The notes under the pieces: model-generated
Told to the model about the DNA's origin: nothing
Databases searched by the model: none
What the model saw: the letters and a program-made list of their open reading frames with translations, nothing else
Made by a program: the position numbers and the translations under genes
Assembly (NCBI RefSeq): GCF_000315625.1
Contig: NW_005434651.1
Span: 703,177 to 767,176, forward strand
Source of the DNA: Guillardia theta CCMP2712
Taxonomy: Eukaryota > Protista > Cryptophyta
Length of the DNA: 64,000 nucleotides
Direction of reading: 5' to 3'
Shown here: positions 13,236 through 23,973 of the stretch, piece after piece
How the letters are laid out: every line of letters starts with the position of its first letter
Position numbering within the stretch: position 1 is the stretch's first letter

Positions 13236-13643
13236 ATGAGAAGTGTGCTCTTGTCAATCTCAGTCTTTCTGCTTGTCAGTGGTCAGATTTTCGCAGAACA
13301 AATCTGTGGAAGACATGATTCCAGCGCGCAAACCAATCCGCATGCCGTGAAACAGGAAGGAAATACGCAGAAGAAATGCCATTTTGGACAGTCCTGCCCG
13401 TGCAAATCATGGGCAAGCACTATACAGAGGGTTTCCTCATCCGATTCCACGCCTGAGTGGCCAACTCTGCAGAGGAGCCTTTCCGATCTCGAGAGGGAAC
13501 TTCAGGAACTTGGCGGTGTAGATATTAGCTCGTACGTTCAAGATCGCGCAAACCAAAACACAAAGATGATGCCAAGTTACCAGACAACTGAACATCGCGC
13601 AACCGTTGACAGGATGCAGATGAGAATGGTGTTCAGGAAGTAA
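13236..13643 (+). CDS. Secreted hypothetical protein (~135 aa)
   Basis: Signal peptide MRSVLLSISVFLLVSGQIFA; Cys cluster KKCHFGQSCPCK; uninterrupted ORF. Confidence 0.55.
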   Translation: MRSVLLSISVFLLVSGQIFAEQICGRHDSSAQTNPHAVKQEGNTQKKCHFGQSCPCKSWASTIQRVSSSDSTPEWPTLQRSLSDLERELQELGGVDISSYVQDRANQNTKMMPSYQTTEHRATVDRMQMRMVFRK

Positions 13644-13886
13644 TCATCCAATGCACATCTCCGAAACCTTGAACGTACAAGATGTAGTGTATCTGGACCG
13701 CACGGTCCTTTCTGTAAATGATAAATAACGCAAAAGCAAGTTTGACACAAGTGGATAGATCTCTTGGCTCGTGTTCGCCAAAGACATAGCTGTTTGATTC
13801 GAATTGATAGTGAGAAGAGTGGGATCAAGAAACATTTCATGCTAAATCAAAACAAGAACTTGTCGTGAGACTGCCACTATACAAGC

Positions 13887-14995
13887 TTAATGTCCAATCA
13901 CGTAGCTGCTGGCGTAGGGAAGGATGTTTGCAGGCTGGCTTCCTGGAATTCCACCAAGATTGTTCTCATCCGTCGCCTGTCAAACAAAAATCAGCTTGAG
14001 TCCCAAAAAAGTGTATGACAAGTACCGTGTGAGAAAAAGCGGGTCCAGCCATGTTGATCTGCTTGGTTCCTGCGCCAGTGTAGAACTGATCTGCGGGAAG
14101 ATAGGTTCCCTCCATATCTGGCATTGTCCATGTCAAAACACAAACAAACGAGGCTTGTAACGGGTGACGAAAGCTTACCAGCCGACCATTCATACAACTT
14201 TTGGGTCTTCAGGGCCTTGGTGCTCTGTCCAGATCCATCTCCCTTGTTGATGAAGGCAACGTTCGTGCCTTCGGCATTCAACTTTGACATGTGGCCAAGG
14301 CCGGAACCATCTCCAACATTTGCAAACACTTTGTTGGTGCCCATGCCCCCAGCATTGGGAAGAGGGATATAGTTCAACTTGGGAGTATCAGCAAGCATCT
14401 GAACCCTGCTCTTGGTGCTCTGACCGTCTCCGTCGCCCTTGTTCAAGAAAGCACGGTTGGTTCCCTGCTTGTCATGGAAGCTTGGGAGAGGAGCGTACTG
14501 GGGTCCAGCCTTCTCAGCAAGCATCTGAACCCTGCTCTTGGTGCTCTGACCGTCTCCGTCGCCCTTGTTCAAGAAAGCACGGTTGGTTCCCTGCTTGTCA
14601 TGGAAGCTGGGGAGAGGAGCGTACTGAGGTCCAGCCTTCTCAGCAAGCATCTGAACCCTGCTCTTGGTGCTCTGACCGTCTCCGTCTCCCTTGTTCAAGA
14701 AAGCACGGTTGGTTCCCTGCTTGTCATGGAAGCTTGGGAGAGGAGCGTACTGGGGTCCAGCCTTCTCAGCAAGCATCTGAACCCTGCTCTTGGTGCTCTG
14801 ACCGTCTCCGTCTCCCTTGTTCAAGAAAGCACGGTTGGTTCCCTGCTTGTCATGGAAGCTGGGGAGAGGAGCGTACTGAGGTCCAGTTTGCTTCTGTAGG
14901 AGGAGGAATGCAGGGCTATGGATTTCCCTCTCGTTAAGCGCCACCATCGTGCACAGCACGGCCACAACACAGGCGGCAGCTACTGCAGCCCGCAT
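13887..14995 (-). CDS. Secreted/type-II anchored tandem-repeat protein with 4 near-identical 42-aa units and 2 degenerate units
   Basis: Hydrophobic leader MRAAVAAACVVAVLCTMVAL. Exons 14995-14179, 14117-14026 and 13976-13887 (introns 61 and 49 nt, GTAAGC and GTACTT donors) give the C-terminus ...TQKLYEWSADMEGTYLPADQFYTGAGTKQINMAGPAFSHTATDENNLGGIPGSQPANILPYASSYVIGH*. Confidence 0.8.
14391..14887. repeat. Coding minisatellite, 126-bp unit x4
   Basis: Units start at 14391, 14517, 14643 and 14769. Confidence 0.95.
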
Positions 14996-15428
14996 TTCCT
15001 TTTGTCGCGGCTCTTCGTAATTACCCTTCACAGACTACCCCCTCCTTATCCATGTGGTGTTACACTCCACTCAAAGGGGTGGGGTTTACTCTGATGAAAC
15101 TGGACGGGTACTCCAGAGGCTTTCTGGTACCTACCCCTAAGGGTACCGATATTGGTGCTGGACCCGTCACTAGTCTTCAGGGAGCATGCTAGGGAGGGTG
15201 GCCATCGGGGAATAGTACCCTACCTTCTCCCCATAATATTGTGAGGAAACAAGGGGTTTTCGGTCCGGGGGCACCGAGAGTTCAATAATAGAAGGCCGTC
15301 GGAGCCGGCGGAGCGCCAGTGGCCGCGGCGCGAGCCGCCCGTGCCCGGCGGCACCGTACGGCGTGCCCGGGGCCGGGCCCGCTGGCCCGGCCCCGGGCCC
15401 CGTAACTGGGCCCGAGTCCGAGTCTTAA

Positions 15429-15503
15429 TTAACTTTGAGTAAAGAGAGTATCAGTCTCCTGATTGTCCTGGTACTGCCATTTTTAACTTAACTTTGAGTA
15501 AAG
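15429..15503. repeat. Copy of a short dispersed element with TTAACTTTGAGTAAAG motifs (homologous to 31962-32064)
   Basis: 16-mer at 15429-15444 and 15488-15503. The 22-mer at 15455-15476 matches the reverse complement of 31993-32014 at 21/22. Confidence 0.75.
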
Positions 15504-16257
15504 GCCTAGTGAGCAGGACTGACCTTCGGGGTGAACTCACAGTCATGAAAATGAACCTGCCACGCTGACGGGCACGAAAGGGGACACACAACCCCCTCCC
15601 ATCCCCAGATTATTGGTGGACCCCTCCTGGAGAGACGGGAAACTCCACTAGGACCTTGGAAGGCTAGGGCCCTTTTTAATCCGCAGGGTACACCTACCTC
15701 TTGAGTCCTAGGAGAGGGAATAGAGCCCTAAAAATTAAAACCTATCGAATACGACCACTTACCCCTTTTACCACGGTACTGGAATAGCACTTTCCTAGGA
15801 CCCCTTTATTACTCCGCCTTTTAAAATGTTTTTTGTGCCCCAAAACTCGTTTACGGGATGATGGACCCCTACCCACATCATTTACCAGAACATTTTCACA
15901 CACCCCTGAAATTGTAATGTACATCATTATCCACACAAAATCTTCAATTGGCTCATCGATATTCAAACTACAAGCATCTATCCATGTGTACCCCTACCCC
16001 CAAATGTTGAACCCCTACCCATCACAAATCCACCAAAGTCTAAAATCGGGTAGCCTTGCAGGCAGGATCCCTTAGCAAGCATCAACCCTCGTAGTTTTCT
16101 TGATCCCCTCCTCCTGCCTCCTCATCCTGTCCTGCTTGTTCTTCCTAGAATCCTCCTGCTCCTCTGTTCGCCAGTACTCCTCGCTCCTGCACCCCTCTGA
16201 GAGACCTCTAGTACACTTTAAGATAATTCCACCCAGATTATTCGACTGAAAGCAGAT

Positions 16258-16761
16258 ATGTCAATAGGGAAGGCAGCGAAAGTGGAGGACGATATGGATC
16301 AATCGAGATCAATCTCCTCCCGTGCGACTGTCACCATCTTGAGCGAAGTGGAATGCTCAGATTGTATCGAGGAGCTTGATGCAACTTTACCCCTGGAATC
16401 TTGGGGGGAATCCACAGGAGAAGATGAGCACGATGTGTTTTCCAATTGTACCATAGAAGAGATCCTACTCAATGTAGCTCTGGGACATACCCTTGTGGGC
16501 TCACAGAGTACTTTCAGATGGCTCTCACAGGATGTTCTACAGCATGGAATCAAGCCTGCAGTCGAGAATGCGCACCAGCGAGCCTTGATGGCGCGAGGAT
16601 ATAGAACCCCACCAAATCATCAAGAACCGGAAACAGAGCACCTTGGACCCCCTCCTGTCATCAGGAAGTCAAAGAAAGCGGATAGTTCCATAATTGTTGT
16701 GAAAGCAACGCGCCTGGCAACTTCAAAGTTCACAGAATTTCCCCATGCACCATTTCAATGA
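16258..16761 (+). CDS. Hypothetical protein (167 aa)
   Basis: ATG-initiated, normal-complexity ORF convergent with the 17518 gene. No domain recognised. Confidence 0.45.
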   Translation: MSIGKAAKVEDDMDQSRSISSRATVTILSEVECSDCIEELDATLPLESWGESTGEDEHDVFSNCTIEEILLNVALGHTLVGSQSTFRWLSQDVLQHGIKPAVENAHQRALMARGYRTPPNHQEPETEHLGPPPVIRKSKKADSSIIVVKATRLATSKFTEFPHAPFQ

Positions 16762-16836
16762 GTACAACAAGAGCTATTACTTGGATAGGACACTGTAAAT
16801 TCAATATTTAACATGCATCATTTATTTATTTGACAT

Positions 16837-17518
16837 CTACAGCTTGAGTAGCAGCATACAAGAAAGTAGAACCACAAAAAATCTTTCAATACGATCCGTT
16901 GAGCCAACTTCAGGTCTAGCTCGACTCGGCAAGAAATTTGCGAAATTGCCTATGGAATTATTTAAATACATAAATCCATTTGAAATCACATCAAAGAAGA
17001 TACATTTCGACTCAGTGCAGCATTGCTGATACTGATGGACTTGGATCCCATCACCTGTCGTCCATCCTGTCGTCTGGTTGTTGCAATGTATCAGCAATCC
17101 CATCTGGTACAACTTTCAACTTACATTGGTCTTGCATTCAACGAAGCAGCTCTTCTCAAGATAGTAGTAACTTGGGGCTCCCACCCTGAAGTTCTTCACG
17201 AGAGGTCAGTCCGCCGATGAGTTCATGACGAGCGTACTGTAAAACATGCCGATCCTGCGCTGCAATTCACAAGAACTCCGATGTCCTGCATGAAGTTTGA
17301 GCCACGTTGAACATTACTTCTTCCCTTGTTTGCCTGCAGACAGCCTCCATCGTATCCACTGTTCACAACGCACGGCTGTTGAGTTGTGTAGCATTCAATG
17401 CAACAACCTGCCATACGGAGCAATTAGAACATCTCGAGACTTCAATTACTCTTGTCCCCTTACCAAAGTTAACGAGGCAGATGCCTGTGAAGCTTAAAAA
17501 AAACCTCTTCCATGGCAT
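16837..17518 (-). CDS. GPI-anchored Ly6/uPAR (LU, three-finger)-like protein with 10 Cys and a CCxxxxCN terminus
   Basis: Exons 17518-17464, 17407-17334, 17285-17238, 17193-17125, 17073-17004 and 16949-16837 (introns 56, 48 [GC-AG], 44, 51, 54 nt) splice in frame to MPWKRFFLSFTGICLVNFGCC|IECYTTQQPCVVNSGYDGGCLQDIGVLVNCSAGSACFTNFRVGAPSYYYLEKSCFVECKTNTTGWTTGDGIQVHQYQQCCTESKCN-FANFLPSRARPEVGSTDRIERFFVVLLSCMLLLKL*. Confidence 0.7.
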
Positions 17519-18235
17519 GTTTGTTTCTAGGAACCGGCGGCACAAAAGGATGAAAACGTCTTGCTTCTTGAACAAAGCATTAACATGCCGCCTGCTTCCC
17601 AAACGTGTCAGTGCAATTGTTAGGATGTCATGCACTGCAGTTGTATGAAGGTGAAACTGGAAGAAAGCAATCACTATGACATGCTACAGCAGATGATGAA
17701 GGATTGTCATTCGCCTAAAACAAGAATACGCTTCTACGAATCAACTGTCTTGGACTTTTAGCGATATGATTTTTGTCTCTCTCGCGTCTCCCTCCCACTC
17801 TCTGTTTCCTTTTCACCCTCCCTAACAGCTGATGGATGTCATTTTAGCCTCATATTTCCTCCTGAGCCTTCATGGGATAGATTGGGGCCAGACACAAGAG
17901 CATGAACTTTTGTCTCTATTTCTACGAGCATGAACGTGCGAGGACGGCATCAAGAGGGTGCCATCAGATGTCGATATTGTCATTCAGACAGGAGCGTCTG
18001 ACAGCAGCTTCCACCATGCAGCGCAGGACAGCACGACAGCCATCTCGGTGCTGGCATCGCTCATTTCTCGTCACCAGTAGGAACGGCATCGGCTTTCTGG
18101 GGTGGGTCATGATGGGGGTACGTTCTGGAGTAGGAGAAGGGGTGGTGTAACATATTTGTAGGAGGGGGTGGTCTGCAATGTTAGGGTAGGGGTGGGGGTT
18201 GAAATTGGTTGGTTGTCTCTTCGCGCGCAGGATTC

Positions 18236-21200
18236 ATGGTGGAGGCGACGGGACGGAGGAGGAGGAGGCAGGGGGAGGCAGGGGAGGAGCATGCAGTGGG
18301 AAAGAAGATGGCGGGCTCAAAGGCGAAGGCACACGGGGCAAAGTTTCGTTCGAAGACATTGAAGGTAGAAAGGATGAAGTTGTTGGAGATGGGCTACCAA
18401 GCAGAGGAAAAGCGACAGTTTCCCATTCCTCGCTTCCCCCTTACATTGGCAAGCTATGTTCTTGTCTTTCAGACGGATGATGAATGGATAAGTGGTGAGG
18501 GTGTGTCCTACGCTAAGCTAACTATGCAGCCTATCTTGGATAAGCTCCGATCTGCTGACATCATCGTCCGAGAGTTCATGAGCTCTGATAACAAGTACAT
18601 GTTTGCTCTTGTGTCCATCGCCGAAAAACGACAGAAGATGATAGCAGAAATCATGGGAGAGTATGAGCTCATCAGACTAAGACTTCAGAAGTTGGACGAC
18701 GAGATGAATGAGATCAAAGGGGCAGGCGCTTGGATGCATTTCCAGGGACATCTTGCTCCGCATTATGAGAAGTCGACAGAGGGGACTGTGTTCTCTAGCT
18801 GCCAGCAACAACACATAATTCACTTCCTGCTCAATGACGTTGATGAGCGAGTGCTAGGACCACAACTGATGCAGAAGGAGGCTTGCGAACCTGGCAACAG
18901 CATATTGGAACAGCTGCAGATAGACGAGAAGATAGTCGATCATTTCCCATTGCATCAAGAGAACAAGAGGGAGTGGCTGGAGAAGTTTTGGGTAAATTCG
19001 TATGCCAACAAGCAGCCGATAGAAGACATCCGCGAGTACTTCGGTGAAGAGATCGCTCTTTACTTTGCTTGGTTTGGTTTCACGCTGAAAATGATGTGGA
19101 TTCCTGCCATTCTTGGGGTAACAAGCAACTATGAGGAGGTTGATGAATTGAGTTTGGTGCAGGTATTAGTATTTGCTGCGCAAATCATATCAATACAATC
19201 GGGCTCTGTCGACAATCCGTTCACTCCATTGTTCTCGCTATTCGGTGAATCGTGCGAAGCTACGAGATGAAAGCTGATTTTTCACCTCAGTCGCAGCCTG
19301 GGGCATTTTCATGACGAGTGAATGGAAGAGACTTGAAATAATATATCAGAATGAATGGAGCCTTGCCGAGTATGAAGACAAAGAGGTACCCGTTGGACCT
19401 GATACCATGAAACATTTTCTGAATTCCAACAGAGCGACCGAAGAGAGTTTGTACAAAATTCAAAGACATACAAAAGATTGAACAACATCACCTCGAAAGA
19501 GGTTGAGTTATTATGCCATTCTTGCGATCTCGAGGTTGTGTAACAAGTTCTTTCAACCAGGAGTTCTATCCCGATCCAATTTGGAGAAGCATATTTCTTA
19601 CAGCGAGCGTGACCGCAGGTGAATTTGCATTATCTCTTCTTCTTGTTGTTATAGCAGTAGCCGAACTTTTCTGCCGCAGTATCTGGTGTGATCTTTCTGA
19701 TCACGTTAACGACTTTGGGGTTGGAAGTTTTGAAGTCTAGTCTTGGGAGCATCGAAGGAGGATCCGGTTTGCTCAGAGCTTTCTGACCCCCAGGGCTGCC
19801 ATGACTGATTCTCTCAGAGTGGATTCCTCGGGTTATCGGCACTCTACTGCAGGCGATCCTGATCCTAGCCTTCCGTTGGGCATCAGAACATCTTTGTGAG
19901 TACTTCACTGCCCTCGAGAACTGGAGATTCGATTCGCAGGTCATTGTGATCCACATTTGTGGTGGCTGTTCTAACCTTGCCTTGTAGTATCGAAATGCGT
20001 ATGTTTCAAAACTATTGTCGATCACGTTCATCAACGAGTTCTTTCCGATATTCTGCGTTGCGTTTTTGAACAATCGCTATCAACCTTTTGGTGCATACAT
20101 GGGTTGTCCGGTGAGGCCAAGCGAGATTCTTCTGAGCGGGATCTGATGTGTGATTTAGGGGTCAAGCTGTGTCGATTACTTGGAGATTGTTGTCTCTATA
20201 GTGTTCCTCACTCGGCTAGTGAGCAGAAGAGTATTCGAGATGATGCGAACATCCAATCGACCAAACGAGGAGTCAGTCGATGATATCGGTAAATGCTGTC
20301 ATCGCACTTATTTGCTTTCGCTGACAACCACCTGCCGTGAACAGAAGAGGAGGTTGGGCGAGTTGAAAATGTGATGATCTATCGTTCATATGCGTGTGAT
20401 CTGATCAGCATGTGTGTACAGGAGTTCAAGAAGCCCTCGTTCCCAGGGATTGACCATTTCTTCGACTCAAGGGTATCAGTTGCCAGGCTCAAAGCAGCCC
20501 CTGTTGACATGAACTTCAGGTGGTTGACTTAGGCTACATCTTGCTGTTCGGATCAGCGTTTCCGCTCATGGTGCAGCATTACGGTACAGCAAGCTTCAAG
20601 AGCTGACCAGCTCTCTATCAGATTCTCATCTTCGTTGCAACGAGCATCTTTGAGCTCAGAGGAAGAGCACGACAACTCTTGTTCTCTCTGCGACGACCTC
20701 TGTGAGTCCCACGAATCAGAGGGGGCAGGAAATAACTTTCAGTGTCCTTTAGGTACAGATGCTCGCAGACAGTGGGGGCATGGGGGATCATTCTGGACAT
20801 CATAGTGATCATGAGCATTGTTACGCAGAGCGCGTATATCTGCTTCACATCTAATGCTGTCTTGTACTACTTTCCCAACATCACGGTTGGCCTTGCTTCA
20901 TGGTGCGTATGTCGTGATTTGATCTTGATACGTCAGATGTACGGGCGAACGGCACTAGCGCTAGCGCTAGAGCACATCTTGCTCTTCATCAAGGCAGATT
21001 TCCATGACTCGATGCGATCAAGTCGCTGAACTTCTGCTCGCAGATTGTGGTGGAATCTCAAGTCGACATTCCGGGCGATGTCGACATCGCCTGCAAGCGG
21101 AAGCTGCACGAGAAGTCAGTCTTTCTTGACGGCCTGGGAGAGTATGACGAGGTATGAGGACCGTGAGGCTCGTGACTGAGTTCGGCTGAGCATCCCCACT

Positions 21201-21261
21201 GCAGGAAAGGAACGTGGCCTTCTATACCTCTGACGAGGGATACGCAGAGTACGCGCAGTAG
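18236..21261 (+). CDS. Anoctamin/TMEM16 family channel/scramblase, multi-exon
   Basis: QPIEDIREYFGEEIALYFAWFGF (anoctamin signature); LTALENWR-like motif; LGYILLFGSAFPL; LRRP...VGAWGIIL; LALEHILLFIK; stop 21259-21261. Confidence 0.92.
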
Positions 21262-21524
21262 ATTCAGATGGTGTATGCATAGACTGTGAGAGTACAGCTC
21301 CACACAAAAGAATGTCTTGTACAGTACAACATTCAATGTCCACGCCACATACTCGACACAGTAGAATAACCAATCATGTTCTCATCGATCTTGGAAACAC
21401 TTTACCTCAGTGACAAGTGCTTTACGAGTGTAGCCATGCTTTCTGTGCATTGCGGACCACGAATCGTAAGTGTTTATTCGCGCTGTCTAGCGATACTTCG
21501 GAAACACCAACAGTACTGAGTGAG

Positions 21525-22702
21525 CTAGAACGGAGAACCGATACTGTTGATGCTCTGACCGTGAGGTGAAGTCTCCGATGAAGCAGTGCTTGAATCGTCA
21601 AAGTGGAGTTGCTTGTTGATAGATCCCTCCACGCTCGTCCTGTCCTCAGCCCTACTCTTACGCGCGCTGAACCATATGGGCATGTCCTCCGGCCTCAAGG
21701 CTGTTTCTTGGGAGGACCCCTGATGGCTGTGCTGAGAATAAACAGTCGACTTGAGTTCGTCGTCGCTCGAGAGGTTTCTTGAACGCAACTGTTTGTTTCG
21801 AACATCTTGAACTGACACAGCTCTTCTGTGTTGACTCTGAGCCATGTTCACCTGATACTTTCTTCTTGCAGCTTCTCCTGCCTCGACAAACTTCATCTGT
21901 GTTATTCGATCTTCGTACAAAAAAGGGTCTTGCCGATGCGACGCCTTGGAGCCTCTGCCATCAAGGCGGAAGGTGTCAGTAACCATCCTGACTTGACATG
22001 CTCATCGCAACACGGGCGAAGAAAACAAGTGAAGGGTAGCAAGGAGCACAGGAGCCTCAGCTCACCTTGTCTTGGACTGGTAGTTCAAGGACCCGTAAGA
22101 GATGATGTCAGCGTAGATGGGAGGAACTGTAGGCACTGCCTTGAGGTTGAAGCTGCTGCTGGAGAACTTGGACTCGATGATCGAATTGTCTCTTATCAGG
22201 GTGACAAAAACAAAATCAAAGCTCTCCCCTCCTCTGCCGTGCAGGGGCCTCGCAAGGTGAAGGTTTACTGCTGTCTCTGCAGGGCCCTCTAGCAGTGCTG
22301 CTACGACATCAAGGTCGTACCCCTTGACGATGTTGCTGTCAACAGCCAGCAGCCTGTCTCCCGCCTCCACCTTGTTCTGATGGAACTCCACATTGTCTGA
22401 GAACACCCGCATCACCACGATGGATCCAGTCTTGGACTCCCCCAGCTCCAGCCCGAGGCAGCAAACCTTCCTTTCCCTGGTGACCTGCCCCACGCTATGC
22501 CGCATGCTCCTCGCCCTCTCCTCCTCATTCGCCTCGATCGACTTGCCGTGCCCTGCTGCTTCCAGCTTGTGGCCGCTGCAGATACCCACGAGGTACTTCC
22601 AGAAATCCATCTTGTCGTACATACCCTACACAAGAATGTTAGCAGGTGATCCAGGTGTTGAAGATTTCATCGCTCCTCCGACATCGCCATCCTTACAGCC
22701 AT
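21525..22702 (-). CDS. PDZ-domain protein
   Basis: CLGLELGESKTGSIVVMRV...VEAGDRLLAVDSNIVKGYDLDVVAALLEGPAETAVNLHLAR is a PDZ. Tiny first exon MA|gtaagg; low-complexity C-terminal exon. Confidence 0.8.
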
Positions 22703-23973
22703 GGGGTCAAGATCTCTCGCGCACTACCAATGGTCAGAGGTGCCCTTCGCATATTTCTCCTCCTATCATCTCCTTCTATGGCTTCACTCATCGTGCGTCC
22801 TTTTGGACGTGTCTGTCCCTTTTCCCTTCCTCCTCCTCTGCCCTCCCTCTCCTTCCCTTCCTCACTCTCATGACATATCATAGTATTGATTCACCTTCCT
22901 ACCTCCTACTCCACCATCTCGCCTTGCTTTCCTATCCCACGTTACTTGCTCCCCTCAATCATCTATCGCACACCCTCTCGTTTCCCTTTGCAATCTTACA
23001 GCCATCACTGAGGGTACTGCCATCAAAGGCGCGTCCCTGCCTCCTTCCTGTCATCCTGCACCATCTACCTCCTCTCATCCTGCCTTCCTCCTCCTCATCT
23101 CTCCTTCCTCTCCCTCTCCTCCTCCACGTCCCCTCTTTCCCACTCAGGGCCGCAGCCATACCGTGGTTTTGGTCTGTCGGCCGTTACTGCCGTTGCTCTC
23201 GGAACGGAATCTCCGACCGGCGCTCCAGAAATAGACTCGGGGGGCCGCTCGGGCCCGCCGGCTCCCTGAAGTCCATTGCGGCGGCCCAACTCGCAAGGGA
23301 TTTGACATGGTGACCCGCAGTGACCTACTTGGCCAGCCCCGCCACTCTCAGCACACATGATGCGTTGTGAAACTAGCCAGAACTTCCGGGAGTCCCGGCC
23401 CACCGCCGGGGGGCCGGGCTGAGCCCTTTGCAAGTTGGGCTCACGGCAGTGAGGCTCATCAGTCGCGGCCCCCCGCTCATAAAAGTTTCTTTTTTGACTG
23501 AAAAGCAAGGCGAAACAGAGCAAAGCGTGAAAGGACCACGCAAGCGACGGCACTGGCATGCTCAGGACTCCGGGATCAGGATCGGACAAACGGATTTGAC
23601 AGGGGTAGTCAAATAGATAAGACTTGAGTTGCGATGGACGCGCGCAAGGCGTCGAGCCTCGGAGTGAGGTTCAGGGACAGCCTGGCATGCAGACATGGGC
23701 ATAGCGAACTTAGGAGGGAGATGGCAGCGACTGAGAGCGACTGAGCGGGAGAGAGAGTAGGTGGGAGAGGAAGGACCATGAGTGAAAGGGAGGGAGGGAG
23801 GGAGGGAGGGAGGGAGGGGAGGGGTCGGAGGGACGGTTGAATGGGTTGGGGAGCAACATTGTGAAATCGATCGGCGAGACTGTAGCCTTGACAGAAGAGG
23901 ATGCTCTCTAAATGTACATGCAGCATGGCCCGATGAAAGATATGCTCTGCTTCCTGGCAAACGGCAGAACGAG

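Noticed and set aside
13991-14178. C-terminus of the 346-aa ORF as given in the track
   Set aside because: It reads through a strong GTAAGC donor at 14178. The spliced version gives a more coherent end at 13887.
14391-14887. 126-bp tandem array as a CRISPR array or satellite
   Set aside because: There are no unique spacers, the unit is a multiple of 3 with only synonymous variation, and the context is eukaryotic.
16844-17648. Plus-strand ORFs as a continuation of the 16258 gene
   Set aside because: Splice signals and the cysteine pattern show the coding strand is minus (LU-like gene).
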